Assembly (NCBI GenBank): GCA_051453625.1
Contig: JBOZIK010000001.1
Location: 15,533,778-15,596,458 of the forward strand
Direction: 5' to 3'
DNA: 62,681 nucleotides
DNA from: Welwitschia mirabilis
Taxonomy: Eukaryota
The position numbers and the translations under genes are program-made. Each line of letters opens with the position of its first letter. Positions within the stretch are counted from its first letter, which is position 1. The notes beneath the pieces were generated by a model. The model saw only the letters and a list, made by a program, of their open reading frames with translations. It did no database searches and had not been told where the DNA came from. Positions 27,544 through 40,545 of the stretch are shown piece by piece.

Positions 27544-28679
27544 TGTTGTGCCACCAACTTAAGTGTATTTGATAGGGTATTTTGAGTTGTTTTGCAGATA
27601 AACTAACAGATAAATGCTAGTTTCCATGATAATTGATAATTAAGGAGCACAAGCCAAAAACATGCAGTTTATCATATAATTCACGATGATTTCATATAGT
27701 TATGGATAAATTGTATTTTCGGATGATTATNNNNNNNNNNNNNNNNNNNNNNNNNNNNNNNNNNNNNNNNNNNNNNNNNNNNNNNNNNNNNNNNNNNNNN
27801 NNNNNNNNNNNNNNNNNNNNNNNNNNNNNNNNNNNNNNNNNNNNNNNNNNNNNNNNNNNNNNNNNNNNNNNNNNNNNNNNNNNNNNNNNNNNNNNNNNNN
27901 NNNNNNNNNNNNNNNNNNNNNNNNNNNNNNNNNNNNNNNNNNNNNNNNNNNNNNNNNNNNNNNNNNNNNNNNNNNNNNNNNNNNNNNNNNNNNNNNNNNN
28001 NNNNNNNNNNNNNNNNNNNNNNNNNNNNNNNNNNNNNNNNNNNNNNNNNNNNNNNNNNNNNNNNNNNNNNNNNNNNNNNNNNNNNNNNNNNNNNNNNNNN
28101 NNNNNNNNNNNNNNNNNNNNNNNNNNNNNNNNNNNNNNNNNNNNNNNNNNNNNNNNNNNNNNNNNNNNNNNNNNNNNNNNNNNNNNNNNNNNNNNNNNNN
28201 NNNNNNNNNNNNNNNNNNNNNNNNNNNNNNNNNNNNNNNNNNNNNNNNNNNNNNNNNNNNNNNNNNNNNNNNNNNNNNNNNNNNNNNNNNNNNNNNNNNN
28301 NNNNNNNNNNNNNNNNNNNNNNNNNNNNNNNNNNNNNNNNNNNNNNNNNNNNNNNNNNNNNNNNNNNNNNNNNNNNNNNNNNNNNNNNNNNNNNNNNNNN
28401 NNNNNNNNNNNNNNNNNNNNNNNNNNNNNNNNNNNNNNNNNNNNNNNNNNNNNNNNNNNNNNNNNNNNNNNNNNNNNNNNNNNNNNNNNNNNNNNNNNNN
28501 NNNNNNNNNNNNNNNNNNNNNNNNNNNNNNNNNNNNNNNNNNNNNNNNNNNNNNNNNNNNNNNNNNNNTACGACATTCGGATCACTCCGTCTATACTAGC
28601 GTGTTGTATTTTGCATCTTATTGATAATTAACAGGATTAAATTTGAACATGAACTATTGCATAAATACACACTGCAACA
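27544..28679 (+). mobile_element. Probable solo LTR (Athila-like, younger) inserted in the gag of element C
   Basis: TGTTGTGCC...CTGCAACA termini; perfect 5-bp TSD AACAT (27539-27543, 28680-28684). Both ends are homologous to the C-family LTR. The interior is mostly N. Confidence 0.8.
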
Positions 28680-31339
28680 AACATCCAAATGATTCACTCA
28701 TAAACTTTTTGGATGAATTTATAAAATCACAAGAAATAACAAATGTCAAAATTGATATGTTGGTAAATGTCCTTTAACAAATAATATTAAAAAACTAAAG
28801 ACTACAAAGATCATTGGAAATGCAACCTTTATCAAATCTAAATGAAATGCAAAAAGATTATAAGGCTGTGATAAGAAGTGGACAAGGAAAAAACCCTCCT
28901 TCATGTGAAGCATCAACCTTCCAAAATAACATTCAAGATGATGAGGAAAAAGAGTAAGACATTAAAATATTAGAAGATTACAACTTTTCTTCTCTTAATG
29001 AAAATAAAATAAAAATTTCTTCATAAAAGCAACCAGCTATCCCTTGGCTTAATAGTCTTTAATGAACATCTTAAAGCCTTGATGAAAAGTGTAAGTATAA
29101 GCTTAATCTTTTATAAAATTTTGTAATAAAATTTGTATCAAAAGCTCTAAAATATATTTCTATTTAATAATCTAAAGAAACCTTTGGTGATAAGTAACTT
29201 TATTCCTCCTTAATAAGAATCTAACTTGATCTTATTTTTAACTTTTTAAAAAAATGCTTTTGCTTAAAGCCATAAGGATTTAGTTTCCATTCCCTTTTTC
29301 ATAGTTTAACATAAAATCTACTTTGAAGATAATGCCAAACTAGTTAGGCAACTCGAATGAAGGCTTAATTTAGTCCTTAAGCAAGTAGTCAAAGATAAAA
29401 TTATTAAAAGTATAAATGCTAAGATTATCTATACTATATCTTATAGTGAGTGGATTATTTCCTTGACTGATAATGTGCATTGAATTTAGAAAACTTAATT
29501 AAGTCACTAATAAAGATCATTGTTCTTTACAATTTCTTAATTTAGTACTTGACAGAATCTAAGGACATGCTGACTATTGTTTTCTTGATGGGTTAGTGCG
29601 TGCAATCAAGTTTTCATAGCTAGTGAAAACTAAGAAGAAATAACATTTCTCTTCTCCTTTGGAACATTTGCCTTTAGAAGCATGCTTTTGGGCTTTGCAA
29701 TACTCCTAAAGCATTTTAATGAGTAATGATGATTTTTGTTTTTTTTTTTTTTTTATTGGTTGGAGGGGTTGGAGGGGAGGGGAGGGATTATTATAGAAGA
29801 GTTTATAGAAATTTTTATGAATGTCTTTTAAATCTTTTGTAAAACTTTTAAATATACCATGGAAAGGTTAGATAAAATATTAGATCAAAGCATAGAAAGT
29901 GGCCTATACTTGAGTTGGAAGAAGAATTTCTTTCTTGTTAACAATGGAATTGTTTTGAATTACCACATTTCTAGTGAGAAAATTAATATGAGTTTTTTAA
30001 TAGTTATAATCATTAAAAACCTTTATCCTCTAATCAATGTCAAATAAGTTAGATCTTTCCTTGATCATGTTGGTTGGTTATGCTAGTTTCTATCGATGTT
30101 TCATTCATGATTATGTAAAGATTTACAAACCCCTTCACTTCTTACTTGAAAAAGAGGCTAAATTCAATTGGAATGACTTATGTCAATTTGATTTTGAAAC
30201 TCTTACAGATAAATTTTCTCTAATCCTATTATAACACGCCCAAGTTGGAATAAAGATTTTGAACTTATGCTTCACATAGCAACATTGTTATGAGTGGGGT
30301 TCTTAATCAAAAATGTGAAATTGGTCTTAAATTCATATATTACCTTAGTAGAACTTTTTTTAAGGCTCAATCTAATTATACTACCACTAAAAAATAAATT
30401 CTTTCATTCACCTATTACCTTTGTCATTTTAGATACTATCTTCTTGACTTTTATACTAATGTTTACATAGATCACATAGCCATACATTACCTCATGATTA
30501 ATAAATATTCTTATGTCAAACTTATTTGATAGATCTTTCTCATGTAATAATTTAATCTTATCATTATCGATAAGGCTTAAAAACATAATATTATTATGAA
30601 CCACTTGTCTCAACTCTCTTATTCTCTTGATGAAACTTCAATTAATGATTCCTTTCTAAATGAGTAACTATTTGCTATTAAACAACCTTATGNNNNNNNN
30701 NNNNNNNNNNNNNNNNNNNNNNNNNNNNNNNNNNNNNNNNNNNNNNNNNNNNNNNNNNNNNNNNNNNNNNNNNNNNNNNNNNNNNNNNNNNNATCTATAC
30801 TAGTGTATGTTTTTCTATAAGTATTACGATTTACAAGTTTTACTTAAGGACTTAAAGATTGCACAAATTTACATCATAATATTTTAATGCCATGTCAAAA
30901 ATGACCACAAGGAGCTAGAGGATTTTCACTATCTAGATAAGTGCCTTAGATCTTAGTTTAGGATATTTATCTAAAATAGTTAGTAGGTTTATTTTTGTAA
31001 TTTTTATTTTTCATGGCTTTAATAAGTATTGTTATTTCCTTCATTGTCCACATGACACTGAGAATAATAATCATACATATTCAGATTTATTATCTTTCTA
31101 TAAGTTTTCTTTTATAGTAGTAATAACATACTGTCATCATCACTGTTATCCCCATGACAAGATAGATGATGGCTTGCATATTTTTCCTTTTGATTTTCTG
31201 ATTTTGGCAAATTTCTCTAATTTTGGTAATTTTCTATTTTTATGATCGTCATCCTTTCTATCATTCCCATGATTAGACATATGACTTTAGTTATATTTTA
31301 TTTTGATTTTTATTTTGTGTTTGAAGTATGTAGAAACAT

Positions 31340-34300
31340 GGTGAATTCTAGTAAAAAGATGAAATATTAGAGAGAGTAAAACTTAACTGAGGAAAATATC
31401 CAAAAAGGGTTATTTAACTTCGAGTAAAGTCTAAGTATGCACGCCCCAAGTATGTAAGTTATAAGAATTAAATAAGAAGATTTTTTTTTTTTTTTGAATT
31501 TTAGAATCAAATTTTTCAAAAGAAAATTGTGAAAATAATAGCATAAAAGCAGATTATGTTATTTCTTTTTCATCTAAGTTAAAATCATCACAAAAATAAA
31601 AGCAAGTTGCTTCATATAGTACATCAATCATGATAGGAACTTCAACTTCGAATGTAAATGCTATGCTTAGAGATTTAATTGCTAATAAAAAACATGAAAT
31701 CCAAAATCCTTTTAATTTATCTTCTAGTATTGATATATAATTTAGAAATTTTAGTGCATATTTAACATTTTCTGGGGAATCTAAAAAGGACCCTTTTCAA
31801 CATCTAGCCAACATTAAATAACTTGTGTTTACCTTAGGGAATGAGAAAAGACATATTAGTGATTGTACTTATATGATTATCTTTTCATTTATGCTTAGAG
31901 AGAAAGTAAAACTTTGGCTTAGAACCATTCCATGTAAGACTCTTAAATTATGGAGTCAAGTGTAATAAGTTTTTATTAAAATATTTTAGAGTGAAAGTAC
32001 CATAAGTAAAACAAAAAAGGAAGTTACCAACTTTTAACAACAACTTCAAGAGGATTATGCCACAACTTACAAGTGTATCATCATATCTATTCATTCCAAT
32101 ACTATTAATGAATTTTATAAGAAGGAGTTGATACATTATTTTTATAGTGGATTTACCAATCAAACTAAAAAACTTGTAGACTTTTCTTGTTATGGTAACT
32201 TGATGAACTTGACTTTAGATGATGCATGAAATTTGTTAGAAAATCTAGTGGAAGTAAGTCAAACTTGATTAAAATCCACTTCTAAAGAAAATCAAACTAT
32301 AGGCTAAATGATAAAAAATTTAAAAGAAGTAAAACATGATAAGAAGAAAAAGAAAGATGATTCAATGAACATGATTAAGGATTTCACTACAATTTTGGAG
32401 AAGTACACTCAAATGCTAGTTGATGCAAAGGTAGTAAAAGAAGAAAACATAACTTTAGCATGTGATATATGTGAAAACAACTCTCATCTAACTAAAGAGT
32501 GTCATTTATTGCCAACTTGTAAAGAGAGGATGTTTTAGTAAGTATGTGCATTTAATTAAAGGACACATAACTTTAAAAGCCAATCATAATTTCAACAAAT
32601 ATGAGGTGGACAACTAAATTGTAAACCTTTTAAGAATAGATTCAAAAATTCAAACTTTCAATCAAATAACCCCAACCTTTAACCAAATCAAAGTGATCCA
32701 CTTAGAGATTCAATAAAAGAATTGAAAAAGATGTAAGAAAAGGCCAATAATAATATTAAGAACTTAGTGAATATGCTTCAACAAATAATGTCAGCCAATC
32801 AATGACTAGAAGAATCTCTTGCATCTTAAAATTTACCTAGTCCAAACAAAGTTAAAAAAGATTTAAAGGTAGTAACTAGAAGTGGAAATGATATAATACC
32901 ACCTACCCATGAGGCTTCAACTTCCAAAAATAATCAAAAATATTAAGAAGAAGATGATGTAGAAATTTTGAAATCATATAACTTCCCTTTAATCTCAAAT
33001 GATAAGCCTAACTCTTCACAAGAAAATAAAGGGAAGAAACCATCTACTCCTCAGCTTGATAGGTTAAATACAAATCCTACCTATGATGAATACTTGAAAT
33101 ATAGAATGAAGGAGGTGAACATTAACTTACCTTTTTGGAAACTCTTGTAAGAAATTCCTAAATATGCTAAGTTATGGAAATACCTAGTTAGAAGAAAATA
33201 AAAATGTACCATTCCTAGTAAGATCTTCCTCACTCAATCTATTTCCAACTTAGTTATGAAAAAGTATCCTAAATTTAAAGACCCAAGGGTAGCAACAGTA
33301 AGTATTACTTTGAAAGGAAATAAAAGAATTTGAAAATCCTTGCTTGACATAGGAGCTAGTGTAAACATCATACCTCTTCATATATGTAAAAGGCATGGGT
33401 TGAAAAACAAAGTGGAACCTACATGAATCATCTTGGAATTGGCTAATACTTCAATTAAGAAACTCTTGGGGATTATCAAAGACTTAGGAACTGGAATGAT
33501 GGAATGTCACATATGTAATAAGAATTTCATCATTAAAGTTTTGATGCTACTAAAAAGAAAATATTAGATGAGTGAAACTTAGAAGAGGAACTTAAATCAA
33601 CTTTGTTTTTGCAACATCTTCCTATTAAGAAGAGAATAATAATGCTACATGAGTTAACCTTATATGATGACCCAGCTAACATACACTGTTTTGAGATTGA
33701 GGATAAGAGAGTTTTAAACTAGAAATAAGTCCAACATGTTTACTTAATAGAAAAACTTTATGAAGAGGGTTGTCCAACAGTTGTCCCTATATAATCTGGA
33801 ACGATAGTCACTGTTGAAAATTCAACAATAGAACTTGATAATTACAACATAAAATTGAAAGAGTTATCTAAAGGTCTAAAATACATTTTTCTATTTAAAA
33901 ATGTAAATAAACCTTTGGTAATAAATCACTTCTTACTCTTCAACAAGAATTTAACTTGGTCTCATTTTAACTTCTAATGAAAATGCTTTTACTGAGAATC
34001 ATAAGGATTTAGCTATATTTTCCCATTTCACAGCTCAACACAAAATATATTCTAAAGATAATGTTAAACCAGTTAGATAACCTTTACAAAGGATTAATTC
34101 AACCCTTAAGTAAGTAGTTAAAGATGAAGTTATTAAATTCATAAATGCTAGGATTATTTATGCTATATCTGATAGTGAGTGCGTTAGTCCCTTGATAATA
34201 GTTTCTAAAAAGGATGGAAAATGAAGAATGTGCATTAACTTTAGAAAACTTAATGAGGTCACTACAAAAGATCATTACCCTTTACCATTTCTTGATTAAG

Positions 34301-36680
34301 TAATTAATAGAATCCAAGAACATGTTAACTATTATTTTCTTTATGAATATAGTGGCTATAATCAAGTTTGCATAGCTAGTGAGGATCAAGCAAAAACAAC
34401 ATTTACCTTTCCCTTTGGAATATTTGCCTTTAGATAAATGACTTTTAAGCTTTTCAATGCCCCTAAAACTTTTGAACCAGTAATGAGGGGTATTTTTTTT
34501 TGACATGATAGAGTAATTTATAACTTCTTAATTTTTGATGAAAATTTTGAACAAATCATGGAAAGTTTAGAGAAAGTCTTAAATTAATGCCTAAAAAGTG
34601 GCCTACACTTGAGTTGCAAGAAGAGTTTATTTTTTATTAACAATGGAATTGTTTTGGCTCATCACATTTCTAGTGAGAGAGTTAGGATAGACCCTATAAA
34701 GTTAGAATCATTAAAATCCTTAACCCTCTAACCAATGTCAAACAAATTAGATCTTTCCTTGGTCATGTTAGTTTCTATTAATGTTTCATTCATGATTATG
34801 CTAAGGTTTGCAAATCCATTTATTCGTTACTTGAAAAGGAGGCTAAATTTGATTGGAATCATTTATGTTAACTTTCTTTTGAAACTCTTAAGGATAAAAT
34901 TTCCTTTAAACCTCTTGTAACGCACCCTGATTTGATTAAATATTTTAAACTTATGTGTGATTCTAGCAACATTATCATAGGTGGGGTTCTTAGTCAAAAG
35001 TATGAAATTGATCTTAAAATCATATATTACCTTAGTAAAATTTTGCTTAAGACTCAATCCAACTACACTACCACTGAAAAAGAAATGCTTATCATTATAA
35101 TTTTTCTTGATCATTTTAGACACTATCTTCTTAGTTTTCATACAAATGTTTACACAAATCATGTAGTCATACGTTACCTTATAACCTAAAATATTCTAGT
35201 TCTAGACTTATTTGATGGATTCTTCTTATGCAAGAATTCAATATTACTATTATAAATAAGGCTAAAAAACATAACAATGTTATGGATCACTTGTCTCAAC
35301 TCTCTTATTCTCTTAATGAAACTTCAATTAATGATTCCTTTCTAAATGAGTAACTATTTGCTATTAAACAACCTTATGCCATCTCCTCTACTCATCTTGC
35401 TCATTGGTATGCTAATATTATCAATTATCTTATCACCATGAAAACATGTTAGCATTGAAATCATAACCAATGAAAATATTTTCTCCATAGGATTGGTGAT
35501 TATGAGTGGAATAAACCCATATTTACTATTTATATAAAGATCAGATCATGTGTAAATGTATGCCTAAATGGAAACATCTAGATATGTTTAACTTCTGCCA
35601 TAATGGGATATGTAAAAGATACTTTAGTGGCCAAAATACTACAATCAAAATTCTTTACTCTAGTTTCTATTAGCCTACCCTTTTTACGGATTCTTTTGAC
35701 TTTGATAGAAGATGTGATGCTTGTCAATGATATAGGAGCTTAACTTGACATGCCCCTTAAACCTATGCTTGAATGTGAATATTTTGACTATTGGGGGATC
35801 AACTTTATAACCCCTACCAATCCACCTTCTCATGACAAAAAAATACATCTTAGTGGCTATTAAATATGTTACTAAGTGAAACAAAGCTATTTATACTACC
35901 AAGAATGATGTCCAAACTATTTACAATTTTGCTCATATCTTTCAATGTTTCAATTTCTCTAGAATCATCATAAGTAATAAAGAAATTTATTTGATTAATT
36001 ACTTTTTTCAAAAACTTCTTTTATCCATTGGAATTGAACATATAATTGCATGTGCTTACCATTTGCAAATTAATGACTAAGCTCAAAATGCTAATAGGAA
36101 AATTAAGAAGATGCTTTAAAAACTAGTCTTTCTCAGTTTAAAAAAACTTAGGCTTCTAAAATTAATGAGGTTATTTAGACTTATCATAATTTTTAATAAA
36201 ACTCTCTAGGTTTTTTACCTTATGAACTTGTGTATGAAAGGTTTGTATCTTATCGGTTGATGTTTGCTGTAACTCCTATTAATTTACCCATTAACTTAAC
36301 TTTGTGAACTTAGAGCTAAAAATCTTAAGATTTGATTAGCCTAACTTGACCATTTAGATGAAAAGTATATCCATGATATACATTATCAACTCATTTATAA
36401 AGCCCAAGCCAAGTTCAAACATGATAAAAATATTTTTCATAAGCAATTTCAATCTAGTCAACTAGTTCTTTTATATGATACTCAAGTGCACCTTTTACAC
36501 AAAAAGTTAACTTCTAACTGGTTAGGTCCTTGTCTTATAGAAAAAGTACATTTTAATAAATTAGTTAAAATCTTTAATCCAAATACTAGATAAATTCAGA
36601 AATCCAATGAACAAAGGTTAAAAATTTATGAACCATCTACTAATAAAACCTTAAACATGACAGAAGTGCTTATTTTGTAA
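31340..36680 (+). pseudogene. gag-pol of element D
   Basis: Zinc-knuckle-like CDICENNSHLTKEC, protease SLLDIGASVNIIP (33337-33375), RT MCINFRKLNEVTTKDHYPLPFLD, RNase H LMCDSSNIIIGGVLSQ / YTTTEKEML, integrase FDYWGINF and W.GP..IEKV. Confidence 0.92.
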
Positions 36681-36814
36681 ACTCCTCTCCATGAGGAGTG
36701 TTAGGATCTTTATTATTATACCAAAGGTTATAATTTAAATAGAAACTAGAATTCATCATATTTACCCACTTGTCAAGCTAGGCATAAAGAATGCATATCC
36801 AAAAATCTTCTCCT

Positions 36815-37136
36815 TAATTAAATAATCGATGCATTAAATACCTTATTTAGGGCTAAATGCTTATTGTACATATTTGATAAGATATTCATCAAACCTTGAG
36901 GAGTCTTCTCATTAATGATGTTAAATGCAACATTTTGTAACAACATCAATTGAATTACCCCAAGTGCCTAGTGATCTAATAGAACCCAATCTTCCTTTCA
37001 TATTATCTCGTTTCTTCCCTGACAGTGGTTCATGTAACTTCTTCTGGTATAGATAGTCCTCAATCTACATCCTTTAAAAACTAAAGTATGTTTCATTAAA
37101 CTTATTAATTTTAACTTTCCCATCTTCTGATATCAT
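36815..37136 (-). pseudogene. Copia gag N-terminal fragment
   Basis: MISEDGKVKINKFNETYFSF.RM.IEDYLYQKKLHEPL...QNVAFNIINEKTPQGLMNILSNMY...LMHRLFN, typical of Tnt1/Tork gag. Confidence 0.88.
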
Positions 37137-37166
37137 CTCTCCCACTTTTCCTCTATGAACCTGATT

Positions 37167-37178
37167 GCTCTAATACCA
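37167..37178 (-). promoter_or_regulatory. tRNA-iMet PBS of the Copia
   Basis: Minus strand TGGTATTAGAGC (canonical TGGTATCAGAGC), 2 nt from the LTR end. Confidence 0.9.
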
Positions 37179-37180
37179 TT

Positions 37181-37494
37181 TATTAAGGAATGAATCAAAT
37201 GCAAAATAGAAAATCAAAGAACATAGAACACACAAGATTTACATGATTTGGAAATTTTATAAATTATTCATGATTGCACTAGGGTTTTTATAGTAATCTT
37301 TAAAGGTTAATCTTTAAAATTTATAATACAAGATATTTGTCAATATAAGATATATAATGCAAAATTAGTATAAAATAGGCCCATTGTTCAAAGGACCCAT
37401 CAAATACTTTAGGATCTCTACCTCCAAACCCTACTCAGACTCATCTTCATAGCATGTTAAAAGGATAAACCAAATTAGTTGATACACTTTAATA
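37181..37494 (-). repeat. Single Copia LTR (314 bp)
   Basis: Bounded by the PBS on one side and the PPT (minus strand CAAGAGGAAGAT, 37495-37506) on the other; terminal inverted repeat TATTAA...TTAATA. Confidence 0.82.
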
Positions 37495-37583
37495 ATCTTC
37501 CTCTTGGAGAATGATCCAAACTTATGTAATCTTTCTCTTCCCCCATAAACTCCAACAACTCTAGTGTGGTGCCTTCTCATCAC

Positions 37584-40545
37584 TAATCATGAAGGCTATT
37601 TGAGATCATCCATAGGCTAAGCTTATCATTGGTGAGTACTTTAGTCAACATATTTATAGGATTCTTTAATCTAGAAATTTTTTTAGTGATAATGTTCCAT
37701 CATCTATTAGTCCATGATTTGATGCTACCTTAACTAATATGCTTATACTTACAATCAAAAACTGGATCTTTAGCAAGATGAATAGCACTTTGGCTATCAT
37801 TGAATAGCTTGTTATTTTTATATATATCTTTCCCAACTCTTTTAGAATACCCTTCAACTAAATAATCTCATTTTCAATCTCTAATATAGCCATATATTCT
37901 ACTTTAGTGGTTGCAAGAGCAATATTCTTTTGAAGTTGAGAAATCCAACTCATAATGGTACCTTCCATGGTGAAAATATAACCTATAGTACTATTTCTAC
38001 TATTTAAATCACCACTAAGATCCACATCAGAAAAGCCTTATAGAGTAACATCGCTCCTTTTAAAACAAGGTGTTATACTTAAGATACCTTTCAGATATCT
38101 TAACAGCCATTTTATAGCTTTCCAATGCTTATTACCTGAATCAGACATAAACATACTAACAACTTCCATTGCATGTGCTATATCTAATAGATACAAACTA
38201 TATGATACATCAAACTTCCTACTATTGATGCATATGGTAGTTGAGGTATCTGTTCATGCTCTTCATCTACTTTTAAAGATTTCTTATTACTAAGAATAAG
38301 TGACTTCCTAAAGAAGTGCTTTTACTCTTTGCATCCTAAATGCTAAACCTGTTAAGCACCTTCTCTATGTAATTTTTCTAAGATAATTTAAGAATTTCTT
38401 ATGATTTGTTTCTAGTTATTCGCATCCCAAGTATCTGCTTAGCTAATTCTAAGTTCTTTATCTTAAATTTTTCTACCAACTATTACTTTAATTGGTCTAT
38501 TTCCTACAAACTGAATCCTGGACCTAACATGTTATCAATATATAAAAGCAGAATAATATAATAGTTACCAAACCTTCTTATGTAATAATAATAATAATCC
38601 ATCTCACATCTTATGAAATTAGCATTACATATGAATCTATTAAACTTCTTATACCATTATTTGGAAGCCTACTTTAATCCATATAAATGTTTTTTAATCC
38701 ACAAATAACTTTTATTACTATTAGCAACTTTAAAACCTTCTCGTTGGATCATATAGATGTCTTCCTTAAGTTTATCATGTAAAAAAGTAGTTTTTACATC
38801 TAGCTGCTCTATATGCAAATCCTATGTAGCTACAACACTTAACACTAATTTTATAGTAATCAATTTTACTATGGAAGAAAGAATCTCCATGTAATTAATT
38901 CTCCTTTTCTACTAGAATCCCTTTACTACTAGCCTTTCCTTGTATTTCTTACTACTATCATGTTCTTTCTTAATGTTGTACATTTAGTAATTTTGTAATG
39001 CTTTCTTTCCTTTTGGCAACTTAATAAGTGTTCATGTCTTGTTCTTCTAGGATAACTTCATCTCATTTCTTATGAATAACTTCCACTTAATAGAACCTGT
39101 CACCTACATTACTTCATCAATACATTTTAGTTTCCTAGCATTAGTCAAGAGTAAATAATGTAATGATGGAGAGTACCTTAGTTTGGGCTTAGGTGTTTTT
39201 ATAGAACTTCTGAACTAAGGTTCTGATGTTACTGATTCTGACTTAGCTTCTCTATTTTCAAGATTTTCTTGAGTCCTTCTAGCTACATCATTCTTTGAAA
39301 TTTCTTCTAGTTTAACCTTCTCATTTTATACTTTCTATTTTCTTATATTGTTATATTCTGATCAATACCTTTCCTTGTACATCATATTGTACACCATAGT
39401 CTCATTAAATGTAACATCCCTGTGCCTTATAATTTTCTTATTCTAATCATCCCAAAAGCAATAACCAAAATCATTAGAACCATAACTAATAAAATAGCAT
39501 TTTTTGACCTTAGGATCAAGTTTTTCCTTAAATATTAAAAACTAAATGCACATATGAAACACAATCAAAATCCTTTAATTATGATAAATTTACCTCTTTG
39601 CCTAACCATTCCTCCTTAAGTATCTTAAAATCTAGTGGAGCTAAAGGTACTCTATTTATGAGATAGGGTTTTTTGCTAATTACATTTGCACAAAATGTTT
39701 TTGGTAGTTTAGAACATATTCTCATGCTTCTAGCTCATTTGTTTAGGATCTTATGCATCCTCACTACTACACCATTTTAATCTAGTATTCTAGGAACTGT
39801 CTTGATTGTTTTGATCCTATTTTTAAAATATAAATCCATAATTTCTAAGCTATTATACTTCCCTCCATTGTCTAACCTCAAACACTTGACTTTCAAATCT
39901 ATTTGGTTTTCCACTTATGCCTTTCAACTTTAAAATATAGAAAACATATTAAATTTATTTTTAAGAAATAAACCCATACCTTCTAAGTGGATTCATTAAT
40001 GAATGTGACTTAATAATGTGAGCCTTTGAGAGAAGTCACTGGGGCTATTCTCCATACATCTGTATGCACTAGTTTCAACTTCTTAGTCTTTGATGTTCTT
40101 CTAGATTTTGAAATTCTCACTCTTTTTTTCTTTCTATATACATAATTTTTACATAAATCAATATCAAATAACTATAAGTCTCATATTTTCCCCCTTGAAA
40201 TGAGTAGTTTCATTTCCTTTCCACTCATGTGGTCCAATCTTCAAAGCTACTATGTTAACTTCAAATTAGAATCAACCACTGAGACTAAATCCTTTGATTC
40301 TGTAGTAATGTATAATGTTCCAATATTTTTTCCTTGAGCTATTACCAAATTTCCTTTAATGATATTCCATGATTCACTTCCAAATACTGTACTGGAACCT
40401 TCAACATTAATCTAACCCATGGAAATAAGGTTCTTCTTCAATCCTAAAATATGTTTAACATTATATAACTTCAATTTCTTTCCCTAGGTAATTTTTATGT
40501 ACACATCATCCTTCTCCATAAAGTTTAATAGTTTATCATCTGCTA
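37584..40545 (-). pseudogene. Copia pol (protease C-part, GAG-pre-integrase, integrase, RT, RNase H), disrupted
   Basis: Minus strand ADDKLLNFMEKDDV, HMSGKEMKLL, LVHTDVW, VKCLRLDNGGKY, EQLDVKTTFLH, YGLK.ASK.WYKKF, ILLLYIDNML, GFSDVDLSGDL and NPINMLTKVL. Confidence 0.92.

Larger units (their letters stand above)
24739..30692 (+). mobile_element. Athila-like element C (5' LTR, UTR, gag, internally deleted protease region, RT, RNase H); ends at a gap
   Basis: gag homologous to 31340-33200 (IFPMTLKDWAKLWLK, FYSGLNP); RT FSPFGTFAFRSM..GLCN, EIFMNV, LSWKK.FFLVNNGIVL; RNase H region 30240-30690. Confidence 0.85.

Noticed and set aside
27692-28631. Long ORFs of 150-300 aa in the ORF track (also at 40815, 45021, 48158, 54862)
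   Set aside because: They consist almost entirely of X from N gaps.
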